A DNA stretch of 64,000 nt from contig NC_088807.1 of NCBI RefSeq assembly GCF_011386835.1, positions 3,472,001 to 3,536,000 of the forward strand, in the 5' to 3' direction. The position numbers and the translations under genes were made by a program. Source of the DNA: Chrysemys picta bellii. Taxonomy: Eukaryota. Positions 52,117-62,197 of this stretch are shown one piece after another (the stretch's first letter is position 1; each line of letters opens with the position of its first letter). The notes under the pieces were generated by a model. The model worked only from the letters and a program-made list of their open reading frames with translations. It was not told the DNA's origin and did no database searches.

Positions 52117-52590
52117 ATTACTGTAGTGCCTAGGAGGCCGTTGTGCCAGGCGCTGTACGTTTGTATTGCTATTGGGTGTATTATGGTAGCACCTAGGCGC
52201 CAGTCATGGAGCAGACCCCATCATGCCATGCGCTGTATATTATTATCACTATTTATTACGTGTATTATGGTGGCACCTAGGATCCCACTCACGGACACGG
52301 ACCCCATTATGCCATGTGCTGTATATTATTATCATCACTATTTATTATATGTATTATGGTAGCACCTAGGAGTCACAGACATGGACCCCATTGTGCTAGG
52401 CAGGGGATACATTTTTACTGCTATTAGGTGAATTACAGTAGCACCAAGGTGTCCCACTCATGGTCCGGGACCTCACAGAGCTAGGTGCTCCCGTAATACA
52501 CCTAATAGCAATACAAATGTACAGCGCCTGGCACCTTGGGGCATCTAGGTGCTATCGTAATAGACCTAATAGCAATATCCCAGTGCTGAC
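52117..52590. repeat. Degenerate tandem array of about 65-90-bp units (tattacggtagcacctagg...ggcgctgtac family) with inverted terminal units
   Basis: About five forward units, then reverse-complement units from about 52481. Confidence 0.8.
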
Positions 52591-53041
52591 ACCCAGGCCC
52601 CTGCCCACCCAGGGGCAAGGCGTCAACCCAGATCACTTCACACCCAGTGAGCTTTCCTAGAGCGGCCTGGAGGATCAGCTCCCTTCGGGGCACTTCCTGT
52701 CCCATTCTTCGCTCACCAGAGCGATTCCTGAAGGTGACGACGCAGCTCAAAATCCACCCTCCCCACTGCATGTCTGAGTCCTAGCCCAGATCTAAAAATA
52801 GCCAGGCAGATGGCGAGATGGGCCGTGACTGACGAAGGAGGAAACAACCACCCTAGAGCTCGTGGAAAAGAGCTGTGAATCAGGCGGTTGAGGCACCCCG
52901 CCCCATAACATCCCGTTTCACCACATTTAGAGTCCGGGCCTCTACCGCATCCCTGCCCACCATGGGGCTCCGCAGCTTGGGCCAGGCACGTCGCAGCCAA
53001 CAGGACAGCACGCTTGGAAGGTGCTGGGCACTGCTGGGGAG

Positions 53042-53220
53042 AGTGGCCCAGGGTTAGGATGTGAACCTGGGACTTGAAAGACCCTGGTTCAATTCCTTGC
53101 TCTGCCACAGACACCCTATGGGCAAGTCACTTAGCTGCTCTGTGCCTCAGTTTCCCCACCAGTACAATGGGCATAACAGCCCCACCTTACACAGGACAGT
53201 GTGAGGGGCTCAGAGATTAG
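53042..53220 (+). mobile_element. MIR/CORE-SINE relic
   Basis: gacttgaaagaccctggttcaattcc...gggcaagtcacttagctgctctgtgcctcagtttcccc core. Confidence 0.65.
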
Positions 53221-54113
53221 GAGAACAGGGGCCAGGTAAGTACTTCAAATAATAATCTAGTTCTTATATAATAATCCCCAGCTCTAGTGCTTTACAGAGA
53301 GGTCAGTTGCCTCATCTGTTTTACATATGGGGAAACTGAGGCACTGGGTGGGGGAAGTAACGTTCCCAAGTTCCTAAGGGCAGTGGTATAGCTGGGGCTA
53401 GATCCCAAGATTCCTGATTGTCTAGCACTCTGTCTGCTAAAGGCAGAGGAGTTGGGGCCACCGATGACCCATGCTGCGAGTCTTAGACGGTCGGTGTTTT
53501 CCTACAGTCCCAGCTCCTGGAGACCTATTAATTCAATGTATTACGGTAATACCCAGTTGAGATCTGTGTCTGTACCGCGCCTGGCACAGTGGGGCTCTGG
53601 GCCATGACTGGGACTCCTAGATGCTACTGTAATACCTATAATAAATAATACAGGCTAAACAGACCAGATAGAAAAAAAGAATTATTCCCATTCTCCACAT
53701 GGGGAAACTGAGGCACACGTCTGTCTAAAGACTCAAAAAAAACCCAAACAAAAACAGAGCGTCCAGAAAATTAGAACATCCCCCTGAGCGATGTCCTCAT
53801 CCCTCACCTTGCTTGAGATGTGACTCAACAATTCTCCTTGTTCTCGCGCAATGCATCAATTCTCTTCTTTTTAGGCCTTATCTCTGTGGGGGACCTTGAC
53901 TGGCATAGGCTAGTCCGGAGTAACCCGACACCGTTTTATAAAGAAGAAAGCAATAGACCAGTGCTTCCCTGGTAGGAGATCAACCCGTTATTCCTCTCCC
54001 AATTGTGGTTGGTTCAGAATCGCAGGAAATTCTCTGGTAGCATATTCACAGCCCATGCACCAATAAGCCAAGCTGCAAGGCAGAAGTTCTCCCTACTGGA
54101 TCCCTTGTCTAGG

Positions 54114-54442
54114 GATAAGAACATAAGAACGGCCAGACTGGGTCAGACCAAAGGTCCAACTAGCCCAGTGTCAAGTCTTCCAATGCCAGGTGCCCCAGAG
54201 GGAATGAACAGAACAAGGAATCATCAAGTGATCCATCCCCTGTTGCCCATTCCAAGCTTCTGGCAAACAGAGGCTAGGGACACCATCCCTGCCCATCTTG
54301 GCTAATAGCCACTGATGGACCTATCCTCCATGAACTTATCTAGTTCTTTTTTTGAACCCTGTTATAGTCTTGGCCTTCACAACATCCTGTGGCAAGGAGT
54401 TCCACGGGTTGACCGTGCATTGGGTGAAGAAATACTTCCTTT
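54114..54442 (-). mobile_element. CR1 LINE 3' end
   Basis: ataagaacataagaacggccagactgggtcagaccaaaggtcc... terminal repeat and 3' region in antisense. Confidence 0.9.
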
Positions 54443-55531
54443 GATAGCATCAAAACGGGTCTGTTTATAGATGTTTAGCAAGCGCTCGAAGAATGTTTTG
54501 AGCTATACTTGGAAGTCGGCCTCCTATAGCGATGTCTGTCAGGGGGATGATATTTTTTACCAGTCTAGCTATACTGGTATAGTCTGCTAGTCTGTAGGTG
54601 CAGTTATGGGGGATATAGGTGCCTCACACCTGGATAGCTTATTCCTCGTCCCATATAGGAATAGTGCTACGCTCTAGCTGGTGGAGTTGCTTTAACTAGG
54701 CCAGAATAGTTCAAACAGGCCAACTTTAAAGCGCAGTGAAGCATTTCAAGAATGGAGCACTCTGTTATTAATAGCCCGAAACCCCGGTGGCACAGTTATA
54801 AACAACTTACTAACCCACGGGGTCGAACTGATTGAAAACGCAAATTTTTAACTAAGAAAAATTGGGGAGGAAATGAAAACTGTTTGGTTTCCATAACAAA
54901 ACTTTCCTAGACTTTTTTTTTTTTTTTCCTTTCAGTTTTTGGCCACCGAAAACTGAGGAGAGGGGACAGTTGGAAGCCAAAAAGATGTTAGTTTTTTTGC
55001 CAACGAAACCCCCCAATTTTGTATTTTATTTATTTATTTATTTGGGGGTTTGGCTGATCGAAAAGTGACGTTTTTAAAGGGCCGGAAGCCAAAAGCGTCT
55101 TAGGGTTTTCTTCCAAAACCAGAACCAAAACGCCCAAAAGATTTTGAGGGAAAAAGGACAATTTCAGGGAAACAAAAAGTTTCTTCCCCCCAAAAAACCA
55201 TGTAGGGGTGGAAAAAAAAAATGTGGGAAAGAAGAAACTAGCATGAAAGGTTCATAGACCCACTGTGCTCATCTGGTCTGACCTGGATAACCCAGGTCCT
55301 AGGACTTCTCTGAGTGAATCCCTGTTCCAACGAGGTAGCTCTTTTAAAAACCGGGCCAGGTGGTGGGTTTTCTTTTGCCAAAGTGTGTCCCACCCCAGCC
55401 CTGATTGCCCCTGGGGATGTCCTGTCCAGCACCGTCACCAACCCCAAACCTGGACGGGTTAGAACTTGCCCTGGGAGATGCCCTTTAGTTGCTCCTTGGG
55501 GGCCTTTCCTGGCCTCTTGTCCCCGTGGGAA

Positions 55532-55752
55532 GGGCTGGCTCAGGCGGGGGAGGGAGAAGGGGGGCAGTAGGGGGCTGGCTCAGGCGGGGGGAGAAGGGGG
55601 GCAGTAGGGGGCTGGCTCAGGCGGGGGGAGGGGAGAAGGGGGGCAGTAGGGGGCTGGCTCAGGCGGGGGGGGCAGTAGGGGGCTGGCTCAGGCGGGGGGG
55701 GGAGAAGGGGGGCAGTAGGGGGCTGGCTCAGGCCGGGGGGGGGGGGAGAAGG
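55532..55752 (+). repeat. G-rich VNTR, 6 units of about 29-42 bp (GGCTGGCTCAGGCGGGGGG-GGAGAAGGGGGGCAGTAGGG)
   Basis: GGCTGGCTCAGGC is counted six times; the G-run lengths vary. Confidence 0.9.
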
Positions 55753-55769
55753 AAATTGACTCGCGCTGG

Positions 55770-56018
55770 GAATTACCCCCCGCCCGCCCCACTCGGATTT
55801 TCCAGCCGCCCCTAGGGCGGAGCCGCCGCTTTAAAACCCGCCCCCGGGCCGGCGCCGGCTCCGCTTTGCGAGTTGCTCCTGGTGCCTGTCGGAGCCGGAG
55901 CCGGAGCTGCCGGGGGGACTCGCCCCGCGCCCCGTGCCCTGCGGGGTGACCCCGGCTCCGGAGCGGCCCCGGCCTGGAGGGGAGACGCGGCCGCCGTGAT
56001 CCGGAGCGCCAGGACCCG
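55770..56018 (+). promoter_or_regulatory. CpG-island promoter and non-coding first exon of the SUSD6-like gene
   Basis: Dense CpG; GC boxes (GGGCGG at 55815, CCGCCC near 55780 and 55838); TATA-like TTTAAAA at 55830-55836; donor CCG|gtgagg at 56018/56019; no ATG in the exon. Confidence 0.75.
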
Positions 56019-56890
56019 GTGAGGGGGGGTCTCTCCGGGGGCGGAGGGGGACCCCAATGGGGAGCAGCAGGGACCCCGGCTGGGGCTGGGGCGAGAGACT
56101 GGGGGGTAGAATCTCTAGGGGCGCGGGGACCCCGGCGTGGGGTCTCCTGGGGCGCAGACGGGGGACCCCAGATGAGGTTGGGGTGCAGAAGTTGGAGAGG
56201 GGAAGAACCTTCGGGGTGCAGGGACCCCGGGATGGGGGTGGGGTCTCCAGGGGCGCAGGGATGGGGTTTACTGTCTTTCTTTCTCCAGGGGTGCAGGGAT
56301 CTATTTGTCCCCATTTGAAGAGAAATGCCTGACCCCCTCCACTCCCCCGAGCAGCGGGCTGGGACCGGGACCCTGGGCATATCGGGGTGTGTGGATGCCC
56401 CTTGACAGTGGGGTGGGGGAATCGCTTCAGCTGTTGCTGGCTGGATCCCCCTTGAGACGCCTTGTTGGCCCGGGGCAGGGAGAGCCCTTTGGGGGCGTGG
56501 GGGTGTAGCCTTGAATCCTGTCCTTAACTCTGGCCCTGAGGCTAAGTGGCTCCTGGCATGGCCAGCCCTTTTTGGGGGGACCTGGGTGGGGGGGTCCCTC
56601 CTGCTCCAGGCCGCTTTGAAAGCCAATAACCTGTGGAGCCCATGGCTGCTCCCCATTTCCCTGCGTCTCAGAGTGCCGGGAGGCCGGGTGGGTGGCCAAG
56701 CCAAAGGGGAGATCTGGGTGCCCCCTGCCCCCCCGGCTGCAGAGAAAGGAGCTGTGACTTACCAGGGCACAGGCTGGCGAGTAGGGGGTGGCAGGTGGCC
56801 CCCATGTCCAAATCCAGCCCCAGCTGCTAGAGACCAGCGGTTATCAAGCCCCGTTTATCTAAAGCATTTTTGATGAACCTCTAACTAAAC

Positions 56891-57570
56891 CAGGGGTGGG
56901 CAAACTTTTTGGCCCGAGGGCCACATCTGGGTATGGAAATTGTATGGCGGGCCATGAATGCTCACGAAATTGGGGTTGGGAGTGGAAGCGGGTGTGGGCT
57001 CTGGCTGGGGGAGCGGGCTCTGGGGTGGGGCCAGAAATGAGGCGTGCGGGAGAGGGCTCAGGGTGGGGATAGGGGGTTGGGGTGTGGGTGGGGGCATGAG
57101 GGCTCTGGCTGACGATGCGGGCTCTGGGGTGCAGGAGGGTAGGACTGAGGGGTTCGGAGGGTGGGAGGGGGATCAGGGCTGGGGCAGGGGGTTGGGGTGA
57201 TAGAGGGGGTCAGGGGTGCAGGCTCTGGGTGGCACTTACTTCAAGCAACTCCCGGAAGCAGCGGCATGTCCCCCCTCCAGCTCCTACATGGAGGCGCAGC
57301 CAGGCGGCTCTGCGCCCTGCCCCATCTGCAGGTGCCATTGGCCGCGGTTGCCGGCCAATGGGAGCTGTGGGGGCAGCACTTGGGGTGGGGGCAGCATATG
57401 GAGCCCCCTGGCTGCCCCTATGTATAGGAGCCGGAGGGTGGACACGCCGCTGCTTCCAGGAGCCGCGGCATGTGCAGAGTGGGGCAAGACCCAGACCAGG
57501 AGCTCAAGGGTCGGATTAAAACATCTGAAGGGTCGGATGCGGCCCCCGGGCCATAGTTTGCCCACCCCTG
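56891..57570. mobile_element. Non-autonomous hAT (Charlie/MER58-like) element, 680 bp
   Basis: Perfect 16-bp TIR CAGGGGTGGGCAAACT / AGTTTGCCCACCCCTG; perfect 8-bp TSD aactaaac. Confidence 0.95.
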
Positions 57571-57751
57571 AACTAAACCCATTTCTCCAAAGCCAGTGGG
57601 TGTGTCCCTCCAGGTTCTGACCCATAGCTTGGTACTGGGAGGGAGAGGGGTGGTGCTCACTTTGTAAGATGGATTATCAAGTCATACAGGATAGTAACGT
57701 GTTGGCTTATTACAGCTGGTTCTGCAGCTCTGGGCAGAGGCTACCGGTGAG

Positions 57752-57860
57752 ATGGTGAAGGCGCCGGGATGTCCCGGGCTGCGCCGGCCCTCGGGTTACC
57801 TCCCCACGGCTCTGTTCTTCGCGGCACTCTGCGGCTCTGATGCTGGCCTCAGGAGGAAAG
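57752..57860 (+). CDS. SUSD6-like gene, coding exon 1 (signal peptide)
   Basis: MVKAPGCPGLRRPSGYLPTALFFAALCGSDAGLRRK; strong Kozak gagATGg; acceptor candidates at 57715 and 57727; donor AAG|gtactg in phase 1, matching the sushi exon. Confidence 0.7.
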
Positions 57861-57929
57861 GTACTGGCTGGTTCTCACTTTCCAAACCTGCTCGTCTGCC
57901 TTTCCCTCCCCACCTGGGTGAAACCTTCC

Positions 57930-58390
57930 CATCAAAATGTTTTTGATGGAAAATCGGGTATTCAACAATCGGGTATTCGACAATTTTTTGGCAAAAAAAA
58001 ATCTGCCTCCCCCTGGAAAACTTGGATGTTTTTTTAACTGAAGAACTGAGCACCTGAAAAGCAGAATATTTTCATTTGGCTAGGCTGCTGTGGGACCTCA
58101 TGGGAGTTGTAGTCTGGGTGTCCCCTGCTCCTGTTCTCCTCTATAGGCCAGTTAGACTACACTTTCCATGATGCAACATGGTGTCCGTTCTTGGACACTG
58201 GAGGTGGGGAATTATGGGCGATCCTGGCTGTGGTGTATCATGGGAGTTGTAGTCCGGTCAGGCAGCCCGGCCTATAGAGGAGAATGAGGAGCATGAGGCA
58301 CGTGAACTACAACTCCCATGAGGTGCTGCAGTAGCATTTCCGAATTGAAATATTTGGGTGCTTGAATCAAAAATGTCCAAGTGGAAAAAC
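57930..58390. mobile_element. Probable MITE remnant with internal inverted repeat
   Basis: 58096-58150 and 58267-58323 are reverse-complementary (cctcatgggagttgtagt...ctcctctataggcc). Confidence 0.6.
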
Positions 58391-59266
58391 CTATTTCCTG
58401 ACCGTCTCTGCAGCCTGCCCCATAGCTCCTGCCTTGGTCCCCAATGCCGCAGCTCTAGGAATAGGGGGGTGAGAGCTGGGCTGGCCGCTGGTTGGTCTCC
58501 CACCCCTCCCGCCGTAGATCGAGCCAACCCCGTAGCTAAGATGCCAGTAGCTGGCTGAAGTTAGGTGCAACGGCTGGTGCTGGGGGGAGCTCTCGGGAGA
58601 GAGCTTGATGGAGATGAGGAACGTAAAAGCCCAGACAGCTTCGCCGTGGGTTTGCGGGCAGCGGGCATTTCGTGGTTGGTGAGTCGCTACTTCTCCATCC
58701 CTTCCATGGAACCAGGAAGCCCCCTGCCATGCTGGTCTTGTGGCCAGCCCGAATCAGGCTGAAATCTGGAGCAAAGCTGGGGCGGGCGGGCGTCCTTCCC
58801 AGAGCAGCCAGACGCCGCAGGGAGCGGCATGGGGGACTCGGCGCCTCCGGATCTAACCTCTCTCTGCCCTGGGGGAAATTTGGGGTGAGGGGAGACGATC
58901 CAAGGGCAAGAGGGAGGAAAAAGAAGGGGCTGGAAGCATGCTGGGGTCCGGAGGGAGGGGAGAGAGAAACCAGCACGCTGCCCTTTGCCATCCCTGCGAG
59001 ATAAGATATCCCCATCCTAGAGAGGTCATAGATCACCAGTGACTCTGCTGGGGAGAGATGCCCCATCCCTTTGCTCTAACCCGCTGGACCTCCCCTCCTC
59101 GCCCCTCCCAGAGCTGGGGAGAGAACCCAGGAGTTCTGGCATCCAGCAACCCCCCTACTCTAGCCACTAGTCCGCATCATGCTTCACTGCCTTCTTACCC
59201 CACTGAGGGGCTCCTGGTCCCCCTTGCCCCATTTTAACCCTCGATGTGCCTGTTCGTCCCTTCCAG

Positions 59267-59479
59267 ATTGCCAGTTCCCGGACCCTTCCGATCACACTAC
59301 CTACAGGTGCGCGTCCCCGGCGTGCAAGCTATCTCTGGGCAGCGGCGCGTTTAAGGCTGGCTCCATGGTGCAGCATTTCTGCGAAGCCGGCTACACCCTG
59401 GCCGGCCACCCTGGGGTCTCTGTCTGCAAGGGCGGCCAGTGGAGCGTGCTGAAGCCGGTCGTCTGCAAGCCCCTGGAAG
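59267..59479 (+). CDS. SUSD6-like gene, sushi/CCP-domain exon (213 nt, phase 1-1)
   Basis: DCQFPDPSDHTTYRCASPACKLSLGSGAFKAGSMVQHFCEAGYTLAGHPGVSVCKGGQWSVLKPVVCKPLE: six Cys plus the CxxGYxLxG and CxxGxW motifs; acceptor ccttccag|at; donor AAG|gtcagt. Confidence 0.9.
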
Positions 59480-59708
59480 GTCAGTGCGTGCCCAGCCCGG
59501 CTGTCCCTCTCCTGCTGCGATGGGCAAGGACCTCTGCCAGAGACGTGGCACCTACTGGACCCCTGCTGCAGCTCGCAGGGCCTGTTTGCCCAGCCCGGCA
59601 GCAGCGGCGAGTGTAGGCAGATGTGGTGCTGCCCTGGTGCTGAGAAATGGGTGCTGGGGGAAATGCAACCTCTGTGCCGCTTACGTCCTCATCTGTATTA
59701 TCATTGTA

Positions 59709-60105
59709 TATTGCAGTCGCACCTAGGAGCTGCCATCCATGCCCCTGGCTCCCATTGCGCCAGGCGCTGTACGTTTTTATTGCTATTAAGTATATTACGG
59801 TAGCGTGTGGGTGCCCCAGTCATAGACCACACTGTGCCAGGCGCTGTACAGTATGATTGCTATTAGATGTATTACGGTAGCACCTAGGCCCCCAAGTCAT
59901 GGCCCAGGTCTCCATTGCACCCGGCGCTGTACGTATTTACTGCTATTAGGTGTATTACGGTAGCGTGTGGGTGCCCCAGTCATAGACCACATTGTTCCAG
60001 GCACTGTACAGTTTGATTGCTATTAGGTGCATTATGGTAGCACCTCGGACCCCACATGGCCCAGGTCCCCATTGTGCCAGGCGCTGTACAGACACCGAAC
60101 AAAAA
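59709..60105 (+). repeat. Tandem array with alternating 84/77-bp units (about 160-bp higher-order repeat)
   Basis: Unit starts at 59709, 59793, 59870, 59953 and 60030. Confidence 0.85.
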
Positions 60106-60868
60106 GAGGGCCCGACAAAGCCTAAAATCCAGGTATTAGCCCCATTCTGCAGCTGGGGACTGGAGGCCCAGGTTTACCAAGGTCCTTCGATGCCCGACTC
60201 CCGTGTAAAATCTGAGCCTTAGAGTGACTCGCCCCAGGCCAGCACCCTCCCCACCGTGTCCCGTCTCTGAACCCCGGGCCGACGGGCGCTAACCAGAGCT
60301 GTGGATTCATTCAGGCTCCGGCAGGAGCTCTGGCTCCCGGGCCCACCACCTCCCTAGGCGTCAGAGCCTGAGCCGTTATGTCTACACGGCTGCATTTAGC
60401 GCCGGAGCTCCAGGCCGGGTGGGAGTGGGGTTCTGAGACAGGCTGGGTAGACGGACCCACCCAGGCGCTTGCCAGCGGTCGCTCCCAGGCACGCCTTTGC
60501 CTTCACTCAGGAAACTGCGTCCCGCAGCGCGTGGGCGTCTCCCTGTGGCCGGGCTGCGTTTCCTCTCCGTTACGCTCCTCTTCTGGGGGGGGGTGGGGAT
60601 GTGTGAAGCTGCTGGTGGAAACTTCCTCCTGCTCCGCGACCGGGGTACGCAGCCCGTGTGACACCTGCTGGGTGGGGGGGAGGCGGGATGGTGGACGCAC
60701 AGAGGAGACCCCCAGCCATCATGGCCCCATCTGCCCCTGAGCTGTTCCCTCGCCCCCTGCCCTCGCTGGCATCCCCATCTCTGTTCCAGGAGGGATGCTG
60801 GCACCCACAGAAATTGGGGTGTGCTGTCCCCGCTCCAGACCACTAACCTATTAACTAAAGAGAGGCTG

Positions 60869-60985
60869 CGTGGCCTAGTGGATAGAGCACTGCGACGCGG
60901 GAGACCTGGTTTCTGTTCCCTTGGCCAGCTGGATGACCTTGGACAAGTCACCGCATCGCCCTGTGCCTCAGTTTCCCCACCCACC
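60869..60985 (+). mobile_element. MIR/CORE-SINE relic
   Basis: gtggcctagtggatagagcactg...gaccttggacaagtcac...ctgtgcctcagtttcccc. Confidence 0.65.
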
Positions 60986-61383
60986 CTTTGCCTATTTAGA
61001 CTGAGCTGTGAGAGACCGGTAAGGGGGGGCGGGCAGTGTCCCTGGGTCTGGGCGGCGCCTGGCACAAGAGGGGGACCCCCATCTTGGCTGGATTCTGTGC
61101 AACCAAGGTCCCCCAGATCTTGGTGTTGCCAGGTGCGGTGGGATTTCCCTCTATAGAGGCACCTGCCTTCCTGGCACCTGAGAGCCATCTAGGGCCTGGA
61201 GGGTGCATGTCTCCCATCTGGGTTTCGAGTCCCTCTGGCTGCTTGTTGTTTAATGCATCCCCTTGGGGGTCGGGCTCGAGTTTGGGGGGGCTGGTACCGG
61301 AGATCTGGCCGCCTTGAGCTGCAGGTGGCTGTGAAATGTCCCAGCTGCTGTGTGTGACCCGCTGACCTTCTCCTCCCCCCCAG

Positions 61384-61531
61384 GATCCCCGGTGCCTCAC
61401 CCCGGCTCGGTCATCACTGTCTCCTCCATCCCCATGGTGGCTGCGGCCTCGGTGACGGCATCCGCCCTGCTGCTGGTGGCCATGGTGTGTGTCCTGGTGG
61501 GGCCGAAACCCTGCAGCCACAGGTGCTGGAG
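61384..61531 (+). CDS. SUSD6-like gene, transmembrane exon (148 nt, phase 1-2)
   Basis: GSPVPHPGSVITVSSIPMVAAASVTASALLLVAMVCVLVGPKPCSHRCW; acceptor cccccag|ga; donor GAG|gtgagc. Confidence 0.88.
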
Positions 61532-61875
61532 GTGAGCTCCGCCGCCTTACTGGGGTGTGGGGGGGGGTTCCCCGGCTGCAGCAACGATGCTGGGGGGGCA
61601 GGTGCAAGCCTGTGCTCCCTTCTCCCATGGGTTGATGCTCCCCCAGGGGTCCAGCCCCCATCCTCTGTCTCTCCCCTTCCTACCCAGCCCCTCGGGACGC
61701 GTGGGTCTGACTCGCCCTCGGGCCTCGACTCATCTTGGCCCGTTCAGTCCGTGTGACCCCGAGGCGGGACTAGGGGGCACCACGCTGCAGGGGACGGGGC
61801 TGCGCAGAGGGTGCTGGGGAAACTGACGCCCACCGAGAAGGGAAGTGACTTGCGCAGGGTCAGTGACAGGACCAG

Positions 61876-62057
61876 GGCTCTCAGCTCCCCTGCGCTAACC
61901 ACTAGCCCCCACACTCCTCCCAGAGCCAGGGAGAGAACCCAGGCGTCCTGGCTCCCAGCCCCCCCCGCGCTACCCACTAGCCCCCGCACTCCTCCCAGAG
62001 CCAGGGAGAGAACCCAGGCGTCCTGGCTCCTAGCCCGTGCTCTAACCACTAGACCCC
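61876..62057 (-). repeat. 72-75-bp tandem repeat of a tRNA-like SINE head, about 2.3 copies
   Basis: ACTAG recurs at 61901, 61976 and 62048. The minus strand reads (G/T)CTAGTGG(T/G)TAG...GCCAGGACGCCTGGGTTCTCTCCC. Confidence 0.85.
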
Positions 62058-62197
62058 TTGCACCCTACCCCCACTACTTCCTATTGTCATGGCAGTCCTA
62101 CCCCCCCTTGCAGTGGGGCCCCAGCGGGGGGGGGAGAAGGGTCTGGGGCCCTGGGGCGCAGCTGTGAACTTGACGAGGTCTCCCCGTCCCTGAGCAG

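Noticed and set aside
47700-55500. NCCRP1, SYCN or IFNL orthologues expected from human synteny
   Set aside because: No exon resembling an FBA-domain, syncollin or interferon-lambda sequence was recognised by eye. A translated search would be needed to exclude them.
55688-56704. 338-aa minus-strand ORF
   Set aside because: A Pro/Arg/Gly-rich by-product of the CpG island and the G-rich VNTR.
62058-62197. N-terminal extension of the final SUSD6-like exon ORF (MHPTP...)
   Set aside because: It is intronic: the phase-2 acceptor at 62197/62198 joins correctly to the TM exon.
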